A stretch of 64,000 nt of DNA, from NCBI GenBank assembly GCA_964022195.1, contig CAXIAS010000003.1, positions 13,574-77,573 on the forward strand, written 5' to 3'. Below are positions 39,090-48,464 of this stretch, piece after piece. Source of the stretch: an uncultured Roseobacteraceae bacterium. Lineage in GTDB: Bacteria; Pseudomonadota; Alphaproteobacteria; Rhodobacterales; Rhodobacteraceae. Below the pieces are notes generated by a model that saw only the letters and a program-made list of their open reading frames with translations, did no database searches and was not told the DNA's origin. A program made the position numbers and the translations under genes. Positions within the stretch are counted from its first letter, which is position 1, and each line of letters begins with the position of its first letter.

Positions 39090-40055
39090 ATGAATATCTT
39101 TGCAAACCTTCGCCCCGGCCAGATGGGCGCCATATCCGCCATGATCGCGGTTGTGTTTTTCTCGGTCAACGACACCGCGATCAAATTCCTGTCGGGTGGC
39201 TATGCCCTGCACGAAGTGGTCCTGATCCGGTCGGTGATCGGGGTGGTGATCCTGCTCGCCCTTATCGCCCCGTTAACAGACGGATGGGCGATTGTGCGGA
39301 CCAAACGTATGGGGATGCACCTGATCCGCGGGGTCTGTGTTGTCACTGCAAATATGACGTTCTTCTTGGGGCTGGCCGCGATGCCACTGGCGGATGCGGT
39401 GGCGATTTTCTTTGTCAGCCCATTGATCATTACTGTGTTTTCAGTCGTGTTTTTGCGCGAACAAGTAGGCCCTCGGCGCTGGGCGGCGATTGCTGTGGGA
39501 TTTGCCGGAGTCGTGATCATGTTACGCCCGGGCACGGCGTCGTTTCACTATGCGTCGTTGCTGCCCTTGCTGGCGGCTGTGGCCTACGCAGGGTTGCACA
39601 TGCTAACCCGCCTGATCGGCCGCACCGAGAGCGCCGCGACGATGGCGTTCTACATCCAGATCGTCTTTATCGCTGTATGTCTGATCATTGGCATCGCCGT
39701 CGGCGATGGACGTTTCGGTGATCAGAACGATCCATCCTTGCGGTTCTTGCTGCGGGCTTGGGAAATGCCTGCGACATCCGATTGGCCTGTCTTTGTGCTT
39801 GTCGGCTTTGGGGTTGCGGTCGGCGGGTATTTCATCTCTCAGGCGTATCGTGTGGCCGAAGCGGCGGTCGTCGCGCCGTTCGAGTATTTGGCGTTGCCGT
39901 TGTCGGTCCTGTGGGGGATTATCGTTTTTGACGAATGGCCCGATGCTGTCGCCTATTTGGGAATGTTGTTGATTTTCGGGGCAGGTCTGTTCATCGTCTG
40001 GCGCGAAGCAGCCGTTGCGAAAAAGATGGTGCAAACCCCGCGCGTTCGCCGCTAA
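39090..40055 (+). CDS. DMT superfamily transporter (EamA-like)
   Basis: It is a 10-TM protein with two EamA-like halves. Confidence 0.82.
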   Translation: MNIFANLRPGQMGAISAMIAVVFFSVNDTAIKFLSGGYALHEVVLIRSVIGVVILLALIAPLTDGWAIVRTKRMGMHLIRGVCVVTANMTFFLGLAAMPLADAVAIFFVSPLIITVFSVVFLREQVGPRRWAAIAVGFAGVVIMLRPGTASFHYASLLPLLAAVAYAGLHMLTRLIGRTESAATMAFYIQIVFIAVCLIIGIAVGDGRFGDQNDPSLRFLLRAWEMPATSDWPVFVLVGFGVAVGGYFISQAYRVAEAAVVAPFEYLALPLSVLWGIIVFDEWPDAVAYLGMLLIFGAGLFIVWREAAVAKKMVQTPRVRR

Positions 40056-40079
40056 GTTGGACCGGTAAACGGGGGCAGT

Positions 40080-40700
40080 ATGACAATTCAGGCAGTGATT
40101 TTTGACATCGGCAACGTGCTGATCGAATGGCAACCCGAGCGGTTCTTTGACAGTGTTATGGGCAAAGAGCGGCGGTGCGAAATGTTTGCCGCCGTTGACC
40201 TGCATGCCGTGAACGATGAGGTCGACCGCGGTGGTGATTTCAAGGGGCTGATCTATGACGCCGCCGATACCTATCCCGAATGGCGCGATGAAATCCGGCT
40301 TTGGCACGATCGCTGGATCGATATCGCGGCCCCCGCAATCCCCCATTCGGTGCGCCTGCTACGGGCGCTGCGGGCCAAAGGTGTGCCAGTCTTTGCGCTG
40401 ACCAATTTTGGCAAGCAGACCTTTGATATCGCCGAACCCGTCTATCCATTCTTGGGCGATTTTGACCGGCGCTATGTCTCTGGACATATGGGGGTGATCA
40501 AACCGGATGCGACGATCTATCAGATGGTCGAAGACGACTGCGGATTGGCGCCGGGGTCTCTCTTGTTTGCGGATGACCGGATCGATAACATCACCGCCGC
40601 CCAAGACCGCGGCTGGAAAACCCATCTGTTCGAGGGCCCCCAAGGCTGGGCTGATTGTTTGGTGGCACACGGCGTCTTGGACCCTAAGGAGGCACTATGA
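40080..40700 (+). CDS. HAD family hydrolase
   Basis: Motif I-like AVIFDIGNVL and downstream HAD blocks (ALTNFG, LFADDRIDN) are present. Confidence 0.8.
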   Translation: MTIQAVIFDIGNVLIEWQPERFFDSVMGKERRCEMFAAVDLHAVNDEVDRGGDFKGLIYDAADTYPEWRDEIRLWHDRWIDIAAPAIPHSVRLLRALRAKGVPVFALTNFGKQTFDIAEPVYPFLGDFDRRYVSGHMGVIKPDATIYQMVEDDCGLAPGSLLFADDRIDNITAAQDRGWKTHLFEGPQGWADCLVAHGVLDPKEAL

Positions 40701-41617
40701 CCCATATGATCACGTTTGACGGTGCCGACCCGTTATTGGACTGGCTGGACCTGACGGACGCATTGGCGGCAGGGCACGCACTGGCCAAGGCCGAGGTCGA
40801 AGATGTGTTTTTGTATCAAGGTGATAACACCTTGCTAAACCGGTCTGCGTGGATCGCGGGCATGGGGTTGGCTGTCAAATGCGCCACTGTGTTTCCGGCC
40901 AACCGCGCAGCGGGCAAGCCCATGGTCGGCGGGGCGGTCAACCTGTTTTCCGATACCGATGGCGCGCTCGAGGCGATCTTGGATTTCCATCTGGTGACCA
41001 AGTGGAAAACGGCAGGCGACAGCCTGTTGGCGGCGCGCCGCTTGATCCGGCCTGACGCACGTCGGGTGTTGATTGTCGGGGCAGGGACAGTGGGCCGGTC
41101 GCTCTATCACGCTTACAAATCGCTGATTCCGGATGCGGAATTCACAGTCTGGAACCGCACAGCCGCTGGTGCAGCGGCATTTCAGGCTGATCTGCCTGAC
41201 GTGGCGATAGCAAGCGATCTGGAACAGGCCGTCCGACAGGCCGAAATCATCACCTCTGCCACCATGTCCACTGATCCGTTGATCAAAGGTGACTGGCTGC
41301 AAGCAGGCCAACACATCGACCTGATCGGCGCCTACCGCCCCGACATGCGCGAAGTTGACGATACCGCATTGCTGCGGTCGCGGGTGTTTGTGGATAATTT
41401 GCACACCACAGCAGGCCACATAGGCGAGCTGAAGACCCCCATCGCACAGGGCGTAATTAAGCCTGATCATATCCTTGCCGATTACTACACGCTTGATGCG
41501 TTCCAGCGTCGGTCAAAGGACGAGATTACATTGTTCAAGAACGGCGGTGGTGCCCATCTGGATCTAATGACCGCGCGCTATATTCTGGATGTCTGGGCGA
41601 ACCGAACCGGTAGCTAA
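40697..41617 (+). CDS. ornithine cyclodeaminase/mu-crystallin family protein
   Basis: The start overlaps the HAD stop. It has the Rossmann motif VGAGTVGRS and the right size for the family. Confidence 0.8.
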   Translation: MTHMITFDGADPLLDWLDLTDALAAGHALAKAEVEDVFLYQGDNTLLNRSAWIAGMGLAVKCATVFPANRAAGKPMVGGAVNLFSDTDGALEAILDFHLVTKWKTAGDSLLAARRLIRPDARRVLIVGAGTVGRSLYHAYKSLIPDAEFTVWNRTAAGAAAFQADLPDVAIASDLEQAVRQAEIITSATMSTDPLIKGDWLQAGQHIDLIGAYRPDMREVDDTALLRSRVFVDNLHTTAGHIGELKTPIAQGVIKPDHILADYYTLDAFQRRSKDEITLFKNGGGAHLDLMTARYILDVWANRTGS

Positions 41618-42747
41618 GCTGCGCTATGTTGCAATTCCGGTGACCGGATGCCGCGATCAGTGCCGAATGTGAACACAGAACAATTGCGGCCCGAGGATTT
41701 GGCACGGTACAGCGCCGCGTCAGCCCCGTCGCGCATGACGACAAAGTCTTTGGCTGTTGCCGACCAGACCGTGCCCGTGCTGATCGACACCTGCAAGTTT
41801 TTGTTTTCGTGCTCAATAGGTGCGCAGGATACAGATCGGCGGCATCTTTCGGCGATTTGCTGAGCCTCGTCGCTGGAGACATCTGCAAGCACGATCAAGA
41901 ATTCATCACCGCTCATTCGGGCGAAAATGTCGCGACTACGCAAGCACGATGTGATGCGGCGCGATACTTCGATCAAGACCGTGTCCCCCGCCAAATGGCC
42001 GGATGTGTCATTCACTTCTTTGAACCGGTCCAGATCGATACAGACCATCGCCACGCCACGCGCCATTTTCTTGGCGGTGATCAACCGGTCAAAAGTCTGC
42101 ACGGCGCTGTTTCGGTTCAGGGCCTGTGTCAGCGGGTCTATCGTGGCCGCCGACATCAACGCTTGATTTTCGTGACCCAGCATCTGTTCGCGTTGGATCA
42201 TTGTTCCCAACAAAAGGGTGCCCAAGATATTCAACATGATCATTTGGGGCCCCAAGTCGATCAACAACATCACCGCGATATTGGCGGGCAAGATGACGAG
42301 ACCAAACAGATGCAGGGACATCATGCACGACAGTCCCAACAGGTTTAACCCGTTTGACCTGATCCGGTGGGATACAAACCGGGCCCATGTCAATCCCATG
42401 CTGGCGGCAATCGCCATGCCCAATAGGCCAGAAACGGCCCCGGCCCCACCGATGCCCAGCCGCGTTAGACCTGCCATTCCAAGCGCGATGAGCGCCCCGC
42501 GCCACCCAAAAAACGCCGCGGCGATGCCGACAAACAGGTTGCGTAAATCGACGATCGTGCCCTCGGTCACGACAATCGACGACGCCATACCAAACGAGGC
42601 CGCAATGCCAAAGGCAAGTCCCATCCAGAGTTGGTTCTGGACATCGCCGACACCGCGCCGTTGGGTCACACCGTATAGGTAGACCAACGTCACAGCGATG
42701 CCGATAGGTTCAACTAGTGAAAACAGAGTGGATAGGAAAACAGACAT
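41614..42747 (-). CDS. diguanylate cyclase with polytopic N-terminal membrane sensor domain (SGDEF variant)
   Basis: ORF trimmed to ATG 42747. About 6 TM helices are followed by a GGDEF domain (DPLTQALNR, IDLDRFKEVND, RSRD-x5-SGDEF). Confidence 0.85.
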   Translation of the reverse strand: MSVFLSTLFSLVEPIGIAVTLVYLYGVTQRRGVGDVQNQLWMGLAFGIAASFGMASSIVVTEGTIVDLRNLFVGIAAAFFGWRGALIALGMAGLTRLGIGGAGAVSGLLGMAIAASMGLTWARFVSHRIRSNGLNLLGLSCMMSLHLFGLVILPANIAVMLLIDLGPQMIMLNILGTLLLGTMIQREQMLGHENQALMSAATIDPLTQALNRNSAVQTFDRLITAKKMARGVAMVCIDLDRFKEVNDTSGHLAGDTVLIEVSRRITSCLRSRDIFARMSGDEFLIVLADVSSDEAQQIAERCRRSVSCAPIEHENKNLQVSISTGTVWSATAKDFVVMRDGADAALYRAKSSGRNCSVFTFGTDRGIRSPELQHSAA

Positions 42748-42884
42748 AAAAGAGCACCTTTGCAAGTGTCTTTTTCTTAGACTGCCGTTGGTAAACAGCG
42801 TCTCAATTAACCGTAACAAGAACGATTTTTTTAAAAAGAAGACGAGCGAAATCTAATCAAATTTTAGTCAAACTTCGCAACATG

Positions 42885-44123
42885 CTAGGCAGGAACAGGG
42901 CGTTGCGGGGTTTCCTTGATTGGCAAATGAACCAAGGCGCTGAATGCACCGACACCGACGCCGACCCACCAGACGTGGGTGTATGTGCCGTAGATATCAA
43001 ACAAGGCGCCGCCCAGCCAAACCCCCAGAAATGATCCCAACTGGTGCGAGAAAAAGACGATCCCATAGAGGGTCCCCATATAGCGCAACCCGTATAGATG
43101 CGCGACCAAACCGGATGTGAGCGGAACAGTCGCCAGCCACAGGCTGCCCATGCCAACGGAAAACAGGATCACTGTCGTTGGGGTCATCGGGATCATGATA
43201 AAGGCAGCAGCAATAATCGTGCGACCAGTATAGATGGCTGCCAGCAGGTATTTCTTGGAATACCGGTTACCCAGATACCCTGCGATCAATGTGCCCGCGA
43301 TATTGGCCAGCCCAATCAAAGAGATGGCCAAGGCCCCCAATGCGCTTGTGGTGTTCACGCCAATGGACGACAACACGCTGCCTGCCGCGATCGGCCCGCA
43401 CATCTGGGCCACCAAAGCTGGAAAATGCGCTGTGACAAACGCGAGTTGATAACCGCAGGAAAAGAAACCCAAAAAGATCAGCGTAAAGGACGGATCGCGA
43501 AAAGCCCGCTTTAGGGTAGCGCCCATCGCTTCTTGCAGTTCGGCCTTGCTGGCAGGGGCAGGGCTGCGCATCATGGGTAAAACTGCCAGCACTGCGATAA
43601 TTGCGGCCGCAAAGACAACGAACGTCTGTTGCCAGCTTAGAAACCCTAACATGTATTCGGCCAGCGGCGCGCCGAACACTTGGCCTGCTGACCCCGCCGC
43701 GGTCGCAATCGCCAGTGCCATGGATCGGTTGGCATCGCTCGCCGCACGGCCAACCACCGCAAGGATGACACCAAAACCAGTGCCAGCAATTCCGAACCCG
43801 ACTAGGATCTCATAGACCTGATGGGCCAAGGGTGTCGTGGCCCCCGCCGACAAAAGCAACCCCGCCGCGTATAGCAATGCGCCGGCAATGATCGCTTTGC
43901 GGTCGCCGATCTTTTCTGCAACAGCACCGAAAATTGGCTGCCCGATCCCCCAAGCAAGGTTCTGGATCGCGATAGCGAGGCTGAAATCGGCACGTCCCCA
44001 CCCGAATTCTGTCGCGATTGGAATCTGGAAAACACCAAATGACGCGCGGATTGCAAAGCCGGTCATGATAATCACGCAACCGGCAATCAGGACAGGGTTC
44101 ATTAAGGAGGTGTGTTTTAACAT
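42885..44123 (-). CDS. MFS transporter
   Basis: ORF 42885..44495 trimmed to ATG 44123 (alternative ATG 44102). It is a 12-TM MFS-like protein. Confidence 0.82.
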   Translation of the reverse strand: MLKHTSLMNPVLIAGCVIIMTGFAIRASFGVFQIPIATEFGWGRADFSLAIAIQNLAWGIGQPIFGAVAEKIGDRKAIIAGALLYAAGLLLSAGATTPLAHQVYEILVGFGIAGTGFGVILAVVGRAASDANRSMALAIATAAGSAGQVFGAPLAEYMLGFLSWQQTFVVFAAAIIAVLAVLPMMRSPAPASKAELQEAMGATLKRAFRDPSFTLIFLGFFSCGYQLAFVTAHFPALVAQMCGPIAAGSVLSSIGVNTTSALGALAISLIGLANIAGTLIAGYLGNRYSKKYLLAAIYTGRTIIAAAFIMIPMTPTTVILFSVGMGSLWLATVPLTSGLVAHLYGLRYMGTLYGIVFFSHQLGSFLGVWLGGALFDIYGTYTHVWWVGVGVGAFSALVHLPIKETPQRPVPA

Positions 44124-44216
44124 GCCGGCAGTTGAGGCGCGGGCGCGATAGTTGTCAATGACATTGGGCTTGTGAAAACGGGTTTTCAAAACCTTGGCAG
44201 CGCGGTAACCGAAGGG

Positions 44217-45269
44217 ATGACCATGCTTGATCAATATGCACAGGCCGTCGCCAACGGCCAACTGACCCGGGACGCGGCCCAATTGCACGCGTTGCCACAG
44301 CTGGAACGGGTGCGGGCTGAATTGGCCGCTCCGGTCAAGTCGGGGTTCTTTCGCCGCGCCCCTGAACCGGTCATAGGGGTGTATATGTGGGGCGGCGTCG
44401 GGCGCGGCAAATCCATGCTGATGGATATGTTGTTCGACGCAGTTGATGTTCCCAAACAGCGCAGCCACTTTCATGCGTTTATGCAATGGGTCCACACACG
44501 GATGGACGCGGCCCGCAAAACCGGAGTAGATGACGCAATCGCGCCTGTTGCGGCGGAACTGGCGGCAGACGTTCGGCTTCTGGCCTTTGATGAAATGCAG
44601 ATCAGCGACATCGCAGATGCGATGATCGTCGGACGCCTGTTCGAGGCGCTTTTTGCGGCGGGAGTCACTGTGGTGACCACATCCAACCGTCCCCCGGCAG
44701 ACCTATACAAAGACGGGCTGAACCGTGCGTTGTTCCTGCCGTTCATTGATTTGCTATCGGATCGAATGGTTATTCATGAACTGGTTAGTGACCAAGATTA
44801 CCGTCAGGGGCGGCTTGCCGGATCGCCCAGCTACTTTACTCCCAACGACGCAGCCGCGCGCGGCCAGATCGATACGGTGTGGCAGGGGCTGACTGAGGGG
44901 CAGGACGCGCCGCTGACTTTGACCGTCAAAGGCCGGCAGGTCGTTTTGCCGCGGTTCTACAACGGGGCCGCGCGTGTGCCATTCTTTGACCTGTGCGGCA
45001 AGCCGCTGGGGGCCGCCGACTATCTGGCGCTGGCTCGCACAGTACGGGTTCTGGTGCTAGAGGACATCCCGCGCCTGTCGCGCAGTAATTTCAACGAAGC
45101 CAAACGCTTTGTCACACTGATCGACGCCCTGTATGAGGCCAAGGTCCAGCTGATCTGCTCTGCAGCCGCGGCGCCTGAAATGCTATACCTCGAAGGCGAG
45201 GGCACGTTCGAATTCGAACGCACGGCCAGCCGTTTGCGGGAAATGCAGTCGGATGGCTGGGGCCGTTGA
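44217..45269 (+). CDS. zapE: AFG1-like ATPase / cell division protein ZapE
   Basis: ORF trimmed to ATG 44217. It has the Walker A GGVGRGKSMLMD and AFG1-family blocks. Confidence 0.88.
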   Translation: MTMLDQYAQAVANGQLTRDAAQLHALPQLERVRAELAAPVKSGFFRRAPEPVIGVYMWGGVGRGKSMLMDMLFDAVDVPKQRSHFHAFMQWVHTRMDAARKTGVDDAIAPVAAELAADVRLLAFDEMQISDIADAMIVGRLFEALFAAGVTVVTTSNRPPADLYKDGLNRALFLPFIDLLSDRMVIHELVSDQDYRQGRLAGSPSYFTPNDAAARGQIDTVWQGLTEGQDAPLTLTVKGRQVVLPRFYNGAARVPFFDLCGKPLGAADYLALARTVRVLVLEDIPRLSRSNFNEAKRFVTLIDALYEAKVQLICSAAAAPEMLYLEGEGTFEFERTASRLREMQSDGWGR

Positions 45270-46133
45270 CTAGATCGTAGGGATCGACAAACGCTGACCG
45301 ACGCGGATGGTGTCGGGGCTGGACAGGAATTGACGGTTCGCCTGATAGATCAGGTCGTATTTGTTGACGTCGCCATAGAATTTCACTGCAATTGCCCCAA
45401 GGCTGTCACCGCGACTGACGGTGTAGAACCTGTATTGCTCGGTTTCGGTGGCGCGTTGAACCACGCGGACCTCTACGCCAGTGCCATCCCCGGTCGGGAC
45501 GTCGGGCACCGCAGGGGCAGCCCCACCTGCCGCAATTGTGGCTTGGGTTACGATTGATGACAGCAACACGGCCGTATCCACCCGCCCGTCAGAGGTCACC
45601 AGCAAACGCGGCACCGAGATGTCGCCTGCACTGGCGGCTTCGTTGATGATCGTGTCGATATAGGCGTCGGATTTGCCCTCTTTCAACGCACGCACCACCA
45701 ACAGCTCAAGCGGGCTTTCGGCGGCAGGAGTAGCCCCCGCCCCATTGATGCGTTCGCCCGTGATTGCGCCGATATTGGACAAAACACCCGTGGTCATCTG
45801 GCGCATCGGGTCGTCTTTGATCGCATTGGGGTTGGGTTCAACTGTCAGCCCCAAACCCGCCAGCACGTTGGCCGCTGTCTGATCCATCGTGCTGTCATCG
45901 GTTTGCACGGCCGTGGCAGGGGCGGTGTTGCGTTCAGGGGCCTGCACGACACCGGCGACCGCTTGGGTGATTTCTTGCGCAGCTGTCGGCGCAAGGATGC
46001 TATCAGTCTGGGCACGGGTGACCGCCACCTGCTCGGGGATCGGGACAACCTGCGATGGCGCAGGACGCAGCACAATATACCCGCACAAAACAACGGCAAA
46101 AACGAACAAGGCAGCAACAGAGCGGATCATCAA
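45270..46133 (-). CDS. membrane-anchored LysM peptidoglycan-binding protein (module copy 1)
   Basis: It has an N-terminal TM helix (VAALFVFAVVLCGYIVL), a long Ala/Thr-rich linker and a C-terminal LysM (FYTVSRGDSLGAIAVKFYGDVNKYDLIYQANRQFLSSPDTIRVGQRLSIP). Confidence 0.8.
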   Translation of the reverse strand: MMIRSVAALFVFAVVLCGYIVLRPAPSQVVPIPEQVAVTRAQTDSILAPTAAQEITQAVAGVVQAPERNTAPATAVQTDDSTMDQTAANVLAGLGLTVEPNPNAIKDDPMRQMTTGVLSNIGAITGERINGAGATPAAESPLELLVVRALKEGKSDAYIDTIINEAASAGDISVPRLLVTSDGRVDTAVLLSSIVTQATIAAGGAAPAVPDVPTGDGTGVEVRVVQRATETEQYRFYTVSRGDSLGAIAVKFYGDVNKYDLIYQANRQFLSSPDTIRVGQRLSIPTI

Positions 46134-46143
46134 TAGGGTCCTT

Positions 46144-46776
46144 TTAGGGGGCAGGTTGGGTCAATGTCAGGCCAAGGTGCGCCCAAGCCTGCACCCCGCC
46201 GCGATAATTGTGGATCTTGGACGGCGGATAGCCTGCGGCGATCAAATGTTTGATTGCGCGGGTGCCTTGCTCGTCCCAAGGGCCGTTGGCGTAAACAACA
46301 AGCGCGCGGGCGGCCGAGAAATCCAGCGTCCCCCCATCGCCACTGGCGCCCAAGGCGCGCAGGATGTCGGTTTGATATGGATTGTCAGCAGCAAGTGCCG
46401 CAAAGGGCACGTTGACCGCCGCGGGCAACGTGCCCTTGGCAAACCAATCGGGCAGTCGGGCGTCGATTAGCAGACCGTTACCTGCCGCCACCGGACCGGC
46501 AAGAAAGTCCAACAGCTCAAGCTCGGCCACTGGGGTCACGCCTTCTGCGACGATCATCGGCTGGATGCAAAAGTCCGGACAAGGGCGGCTGGTACGTGCT
46601 AATTCGCCCGTTAGGACGGCGGCCGTGTCCTGATCCCTTTGCACGGTAAAGCTTTGACCATTTACGGCAAATGTCATCTGGGACTGATCAGGGCGTAAGG
46701 CGACGTCTTGGGCGTGAACTACGGGGCCAAAAAGACCGACCACGACGGCCGCCGATATTCCCAACTTTTGTGTCAT
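46144..46776 (-). CDS. periplasmic rhodanese-homology domain protein lacking the catalytic Cys (module copy 1)
   Basis: It has a signal peptide ending VHA-QD, a CPDFC pair and a rhodanese-like pattern (LLIDARLPDWFAKGTLPAAVNVP ... VVYANGPWDEQG ... YRGGVQAW). Confidence 0.72.
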   Translation of the reverse strand: MTQKLGISAAVVVGLFGPVVHAQDVALRPDQSQMTFAVNGQSFTVQRDQDTAAVLTGELARTSRPCPDFCIQPMIVAEGVTPVAELELLDFLAGPVAAGNGLLIDARLPDWFAKGTLPAAVNVPFAALAADNPYQTDILRALGASGDGGTLDFSAARALVVYANGPWDEQGTRAIKHLIAAGYPPSKIHNYRGGVQAWAHLGLTLTQPAP

Positions 46777-46853
46777 TCCGTTATCCCCAGCGCCGGATCA
46801 GCAATCGTAGGTGCACACACATCCTAAAGCGGTTGCCGATCTGATTGGATCTA

Positions 46854-46883
46854 GATGTAGTTGAAAACGAATCACCTTGTCAA
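46854..46883 (-). promoter_or_regulatory. promoter-like element TTGACA-18 nt-TACATC with embedded GGTGATTCGTTT motif (upstream of module copy 1)
   Basis: Read on the minus strand: TTGACA aGGTGATTCGTTTtcaac TACATC TAG. It closely parallels the element at 49152..49181. Confidence 0.4.
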
Positions 46884-47032
46884 AGAAGTTATGCATTCCG
46901 CAACACATACCCCCAAAAACAAGAAGACAGGCCTACCGCCTGCCCCCTCGCCCTGCCAAGACGGGCGCAATCCGCCCTTTTTGTCAGGGCGTGATGCTGT
47001 TGGGGGGACTGTGGCGGATTAGTGATTCGGCG

Positions 47033-47671
47033 TCAACGTCTATGATTCGTTTTGCGGCGAACAGGGGCGAATTGCTTGCTAACGGCGGCTGTATTCCGGC
47101 AATCGGGTGTTACCGCATCAAAGGTGGCCACCAGCGGTGTGTCCGGCTCGATCGAACTGTCCTCGATAAACGCGCCATTCAGGCACAAATCCTGCCCGTA
47201 GTCGCCGGTGTTGAACCCGAACCCCGGTGTGCCGCAATTGCTGGCCGACCCATCCGCGTTCCAGCCTTGGCTGGCGGTGCCCGCAAAGCGTGCTCCGGTC
47301 GGGAAACTTAGGCCCGCAGGGTCGAACCGCAAATGCCATGTTGTATCCGCCGCCCGCGCGGAGGCGTCCCATGTGCCTAACAAGGTGCCCTTGTGATAGC
47401 CTGAAATCTTGAAACGGGTTACATCGTCTTGTGTGACGATGGTTTTAAACATTGCGTCGTCCGGCAGGCTCAACCTGCCGGTCATCGTGTAACCGTTGGC
47501 CCCAACCCAGCAAAAATTCAGCTCGGCGGCCTGCACAGGGCCACATAGCGTGAATAGGATGGCAAAGACGCCGACCCTAGACTTCGGGGATAACCAGCCG
47601 CTGACCGATCTGGATTTTATCCGGAGAAGCGACAGTAGACCGATTGGCCTGGAAAATATGTTCAAACGCAT
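47033..47671 (-). CDS. hypothetical Cys-rich secreted protein
   Basis: It has a hydrophobic signal-like core (VGVFAILFTLCGPVQA-AE). The only in-frame starts (ATG 47683/47671, TTG 47665) overlap the last ~30 codons of the upstream LysM gene, so the start is uncertain. Confidence 0.5.
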   Translation of the reverse strand: MRLNIFSRPIGLLSLLRIKSRSVSGWLSPKSRVGVFAILFTLCGPVQAAELNFCWVGANGYTMTGRLSLPDDAMFKTIVTQDDVTRFKISGYHKGTLLGTWDASARAADTTWHLRFDPAGLSFPTGARFAGTASQGWNADGSASNCGTPGFGFNTGDYGQDLCLNGAFIEDSSIEPDTPLVATFDAVTPDCRNTAAVSKQFAPVRRKTNHRR

Positions 47672-48464
47672 TGGTCGAGCCATAGAACTGAAGTGCAATA
47701 TAGGCAAGGCTGTCTCCCGCCTCGACGGTGTAAAAGCGCTGACCGCCAACCAGCTGTGTTTTGGCCGCTGATGCCTCAAATGCGCGACGCCGCATTTCTT
47801 GGGCTGCGGCGATCTCGGCCTCATCACCGTTTTCCAGCGACCGTTGCACCAGATCAAACAATAATGTCTGGCTGTCGATTTCACCGTTCACGGTGGCGAC
47901 GCTGTCAGGCAGGTCAATGGTGCCGTTCGCCGCCGCTTGGGTCAGCAGGTTTTCGATGGATTCCGCAGCACTGGCCGCGTTGTGCGAATTCAATGCAATC
48001 CGTGTGCCATTTCCATCAACCTGCTCGGTGGTCACCGAATAGAGGCCCGCGACAACGCCTTCGGTCAGCATCCGCATTTTGTTGCGGTTTACGATCGCAA
48101 TGGCCTCGGCGATTTTTTCGTCCTGGGTGCGGGTGTCCGCGGTTGCGGCAGGCGCGCGGGCCGCCAGCACAGCGCTGGCCGAAGGGATTCCGCTAGGGGT
48201 CGGGGTAGCGGGTGCTTGGGCAACCGCTGCGATAGCGGGCGCTGTGATTGCCAACAGATCTGGCGTCTGGTTGCGTGTCACTTGCTGCATTTCGGCCAAT
48301 TGCGCAGTCAGGGCGGCAATCGCCTGTGCTTGGCTGTTTTGCTGGCTTTGGGCAAACATAAATGCGCCAACGGCCCCGACCGCAAAGGTCACCGCGCCAA
48401 CCGCAATGATCCAAGGGGCAGCAGAGCCGCGTGATTTTCTGGGCTGAAACGTCTGCTGTGTCAT
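47577..48464 (-). CDS. membrane-anchored LysM peptidoglycan-binding protein (module copy 2)
   Basis: It has an N-terminal TM helix (PWIIAVGAVTFAVGAVGAFMFA), an Ala/Gln-rich linker and a C-terminal LysM (FYTVEAGDSLAYIALQFYGSTNAFEHIFQANRSTVASPDKIQIGQRLVIP). Confidence 0.8.
   Translation of the reverse strand: MTQQTFQPRKSRGSAAPWIIAVGAVTFAVGAVGAFMFAQSQQNSQAQAIAALTAQLAEMQQVTRNQTPDLLAITAPAIAAVAQAPATPTPSGIPSASAVLAARAPAATADTRTQDEKIAEAIAIVNRNKMRMLTEGVVAGLYSVTTEQVDGNGTRIALNSHNAASAAESIENLLTQAAANGTIDLPDSVATVNGEIDSQTLLFDLVQRSLENGDEAEIAAAQEMRRRAFEASAAKTQLVGGQRFYTVEAGDSLAYIALQFYGSTNAFEHIFQANRSTVASPDKIQIGQRLVIPEV

Noticed and set aside
38963-39721. 252-aa ORF overlapping the EamA transporter gene in another frame
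   Set aside because: It is Arg/Cys/Gly-rich with no motifs. The EamA frame gives a regular 10-TM protein.
44124-44495. 124-codon N-terminal extension of the MFS transporter ORF
   Set aside because: It overlaps the zapE coding region on the opposite strand. The first TM helix follows Met 44123/44102.
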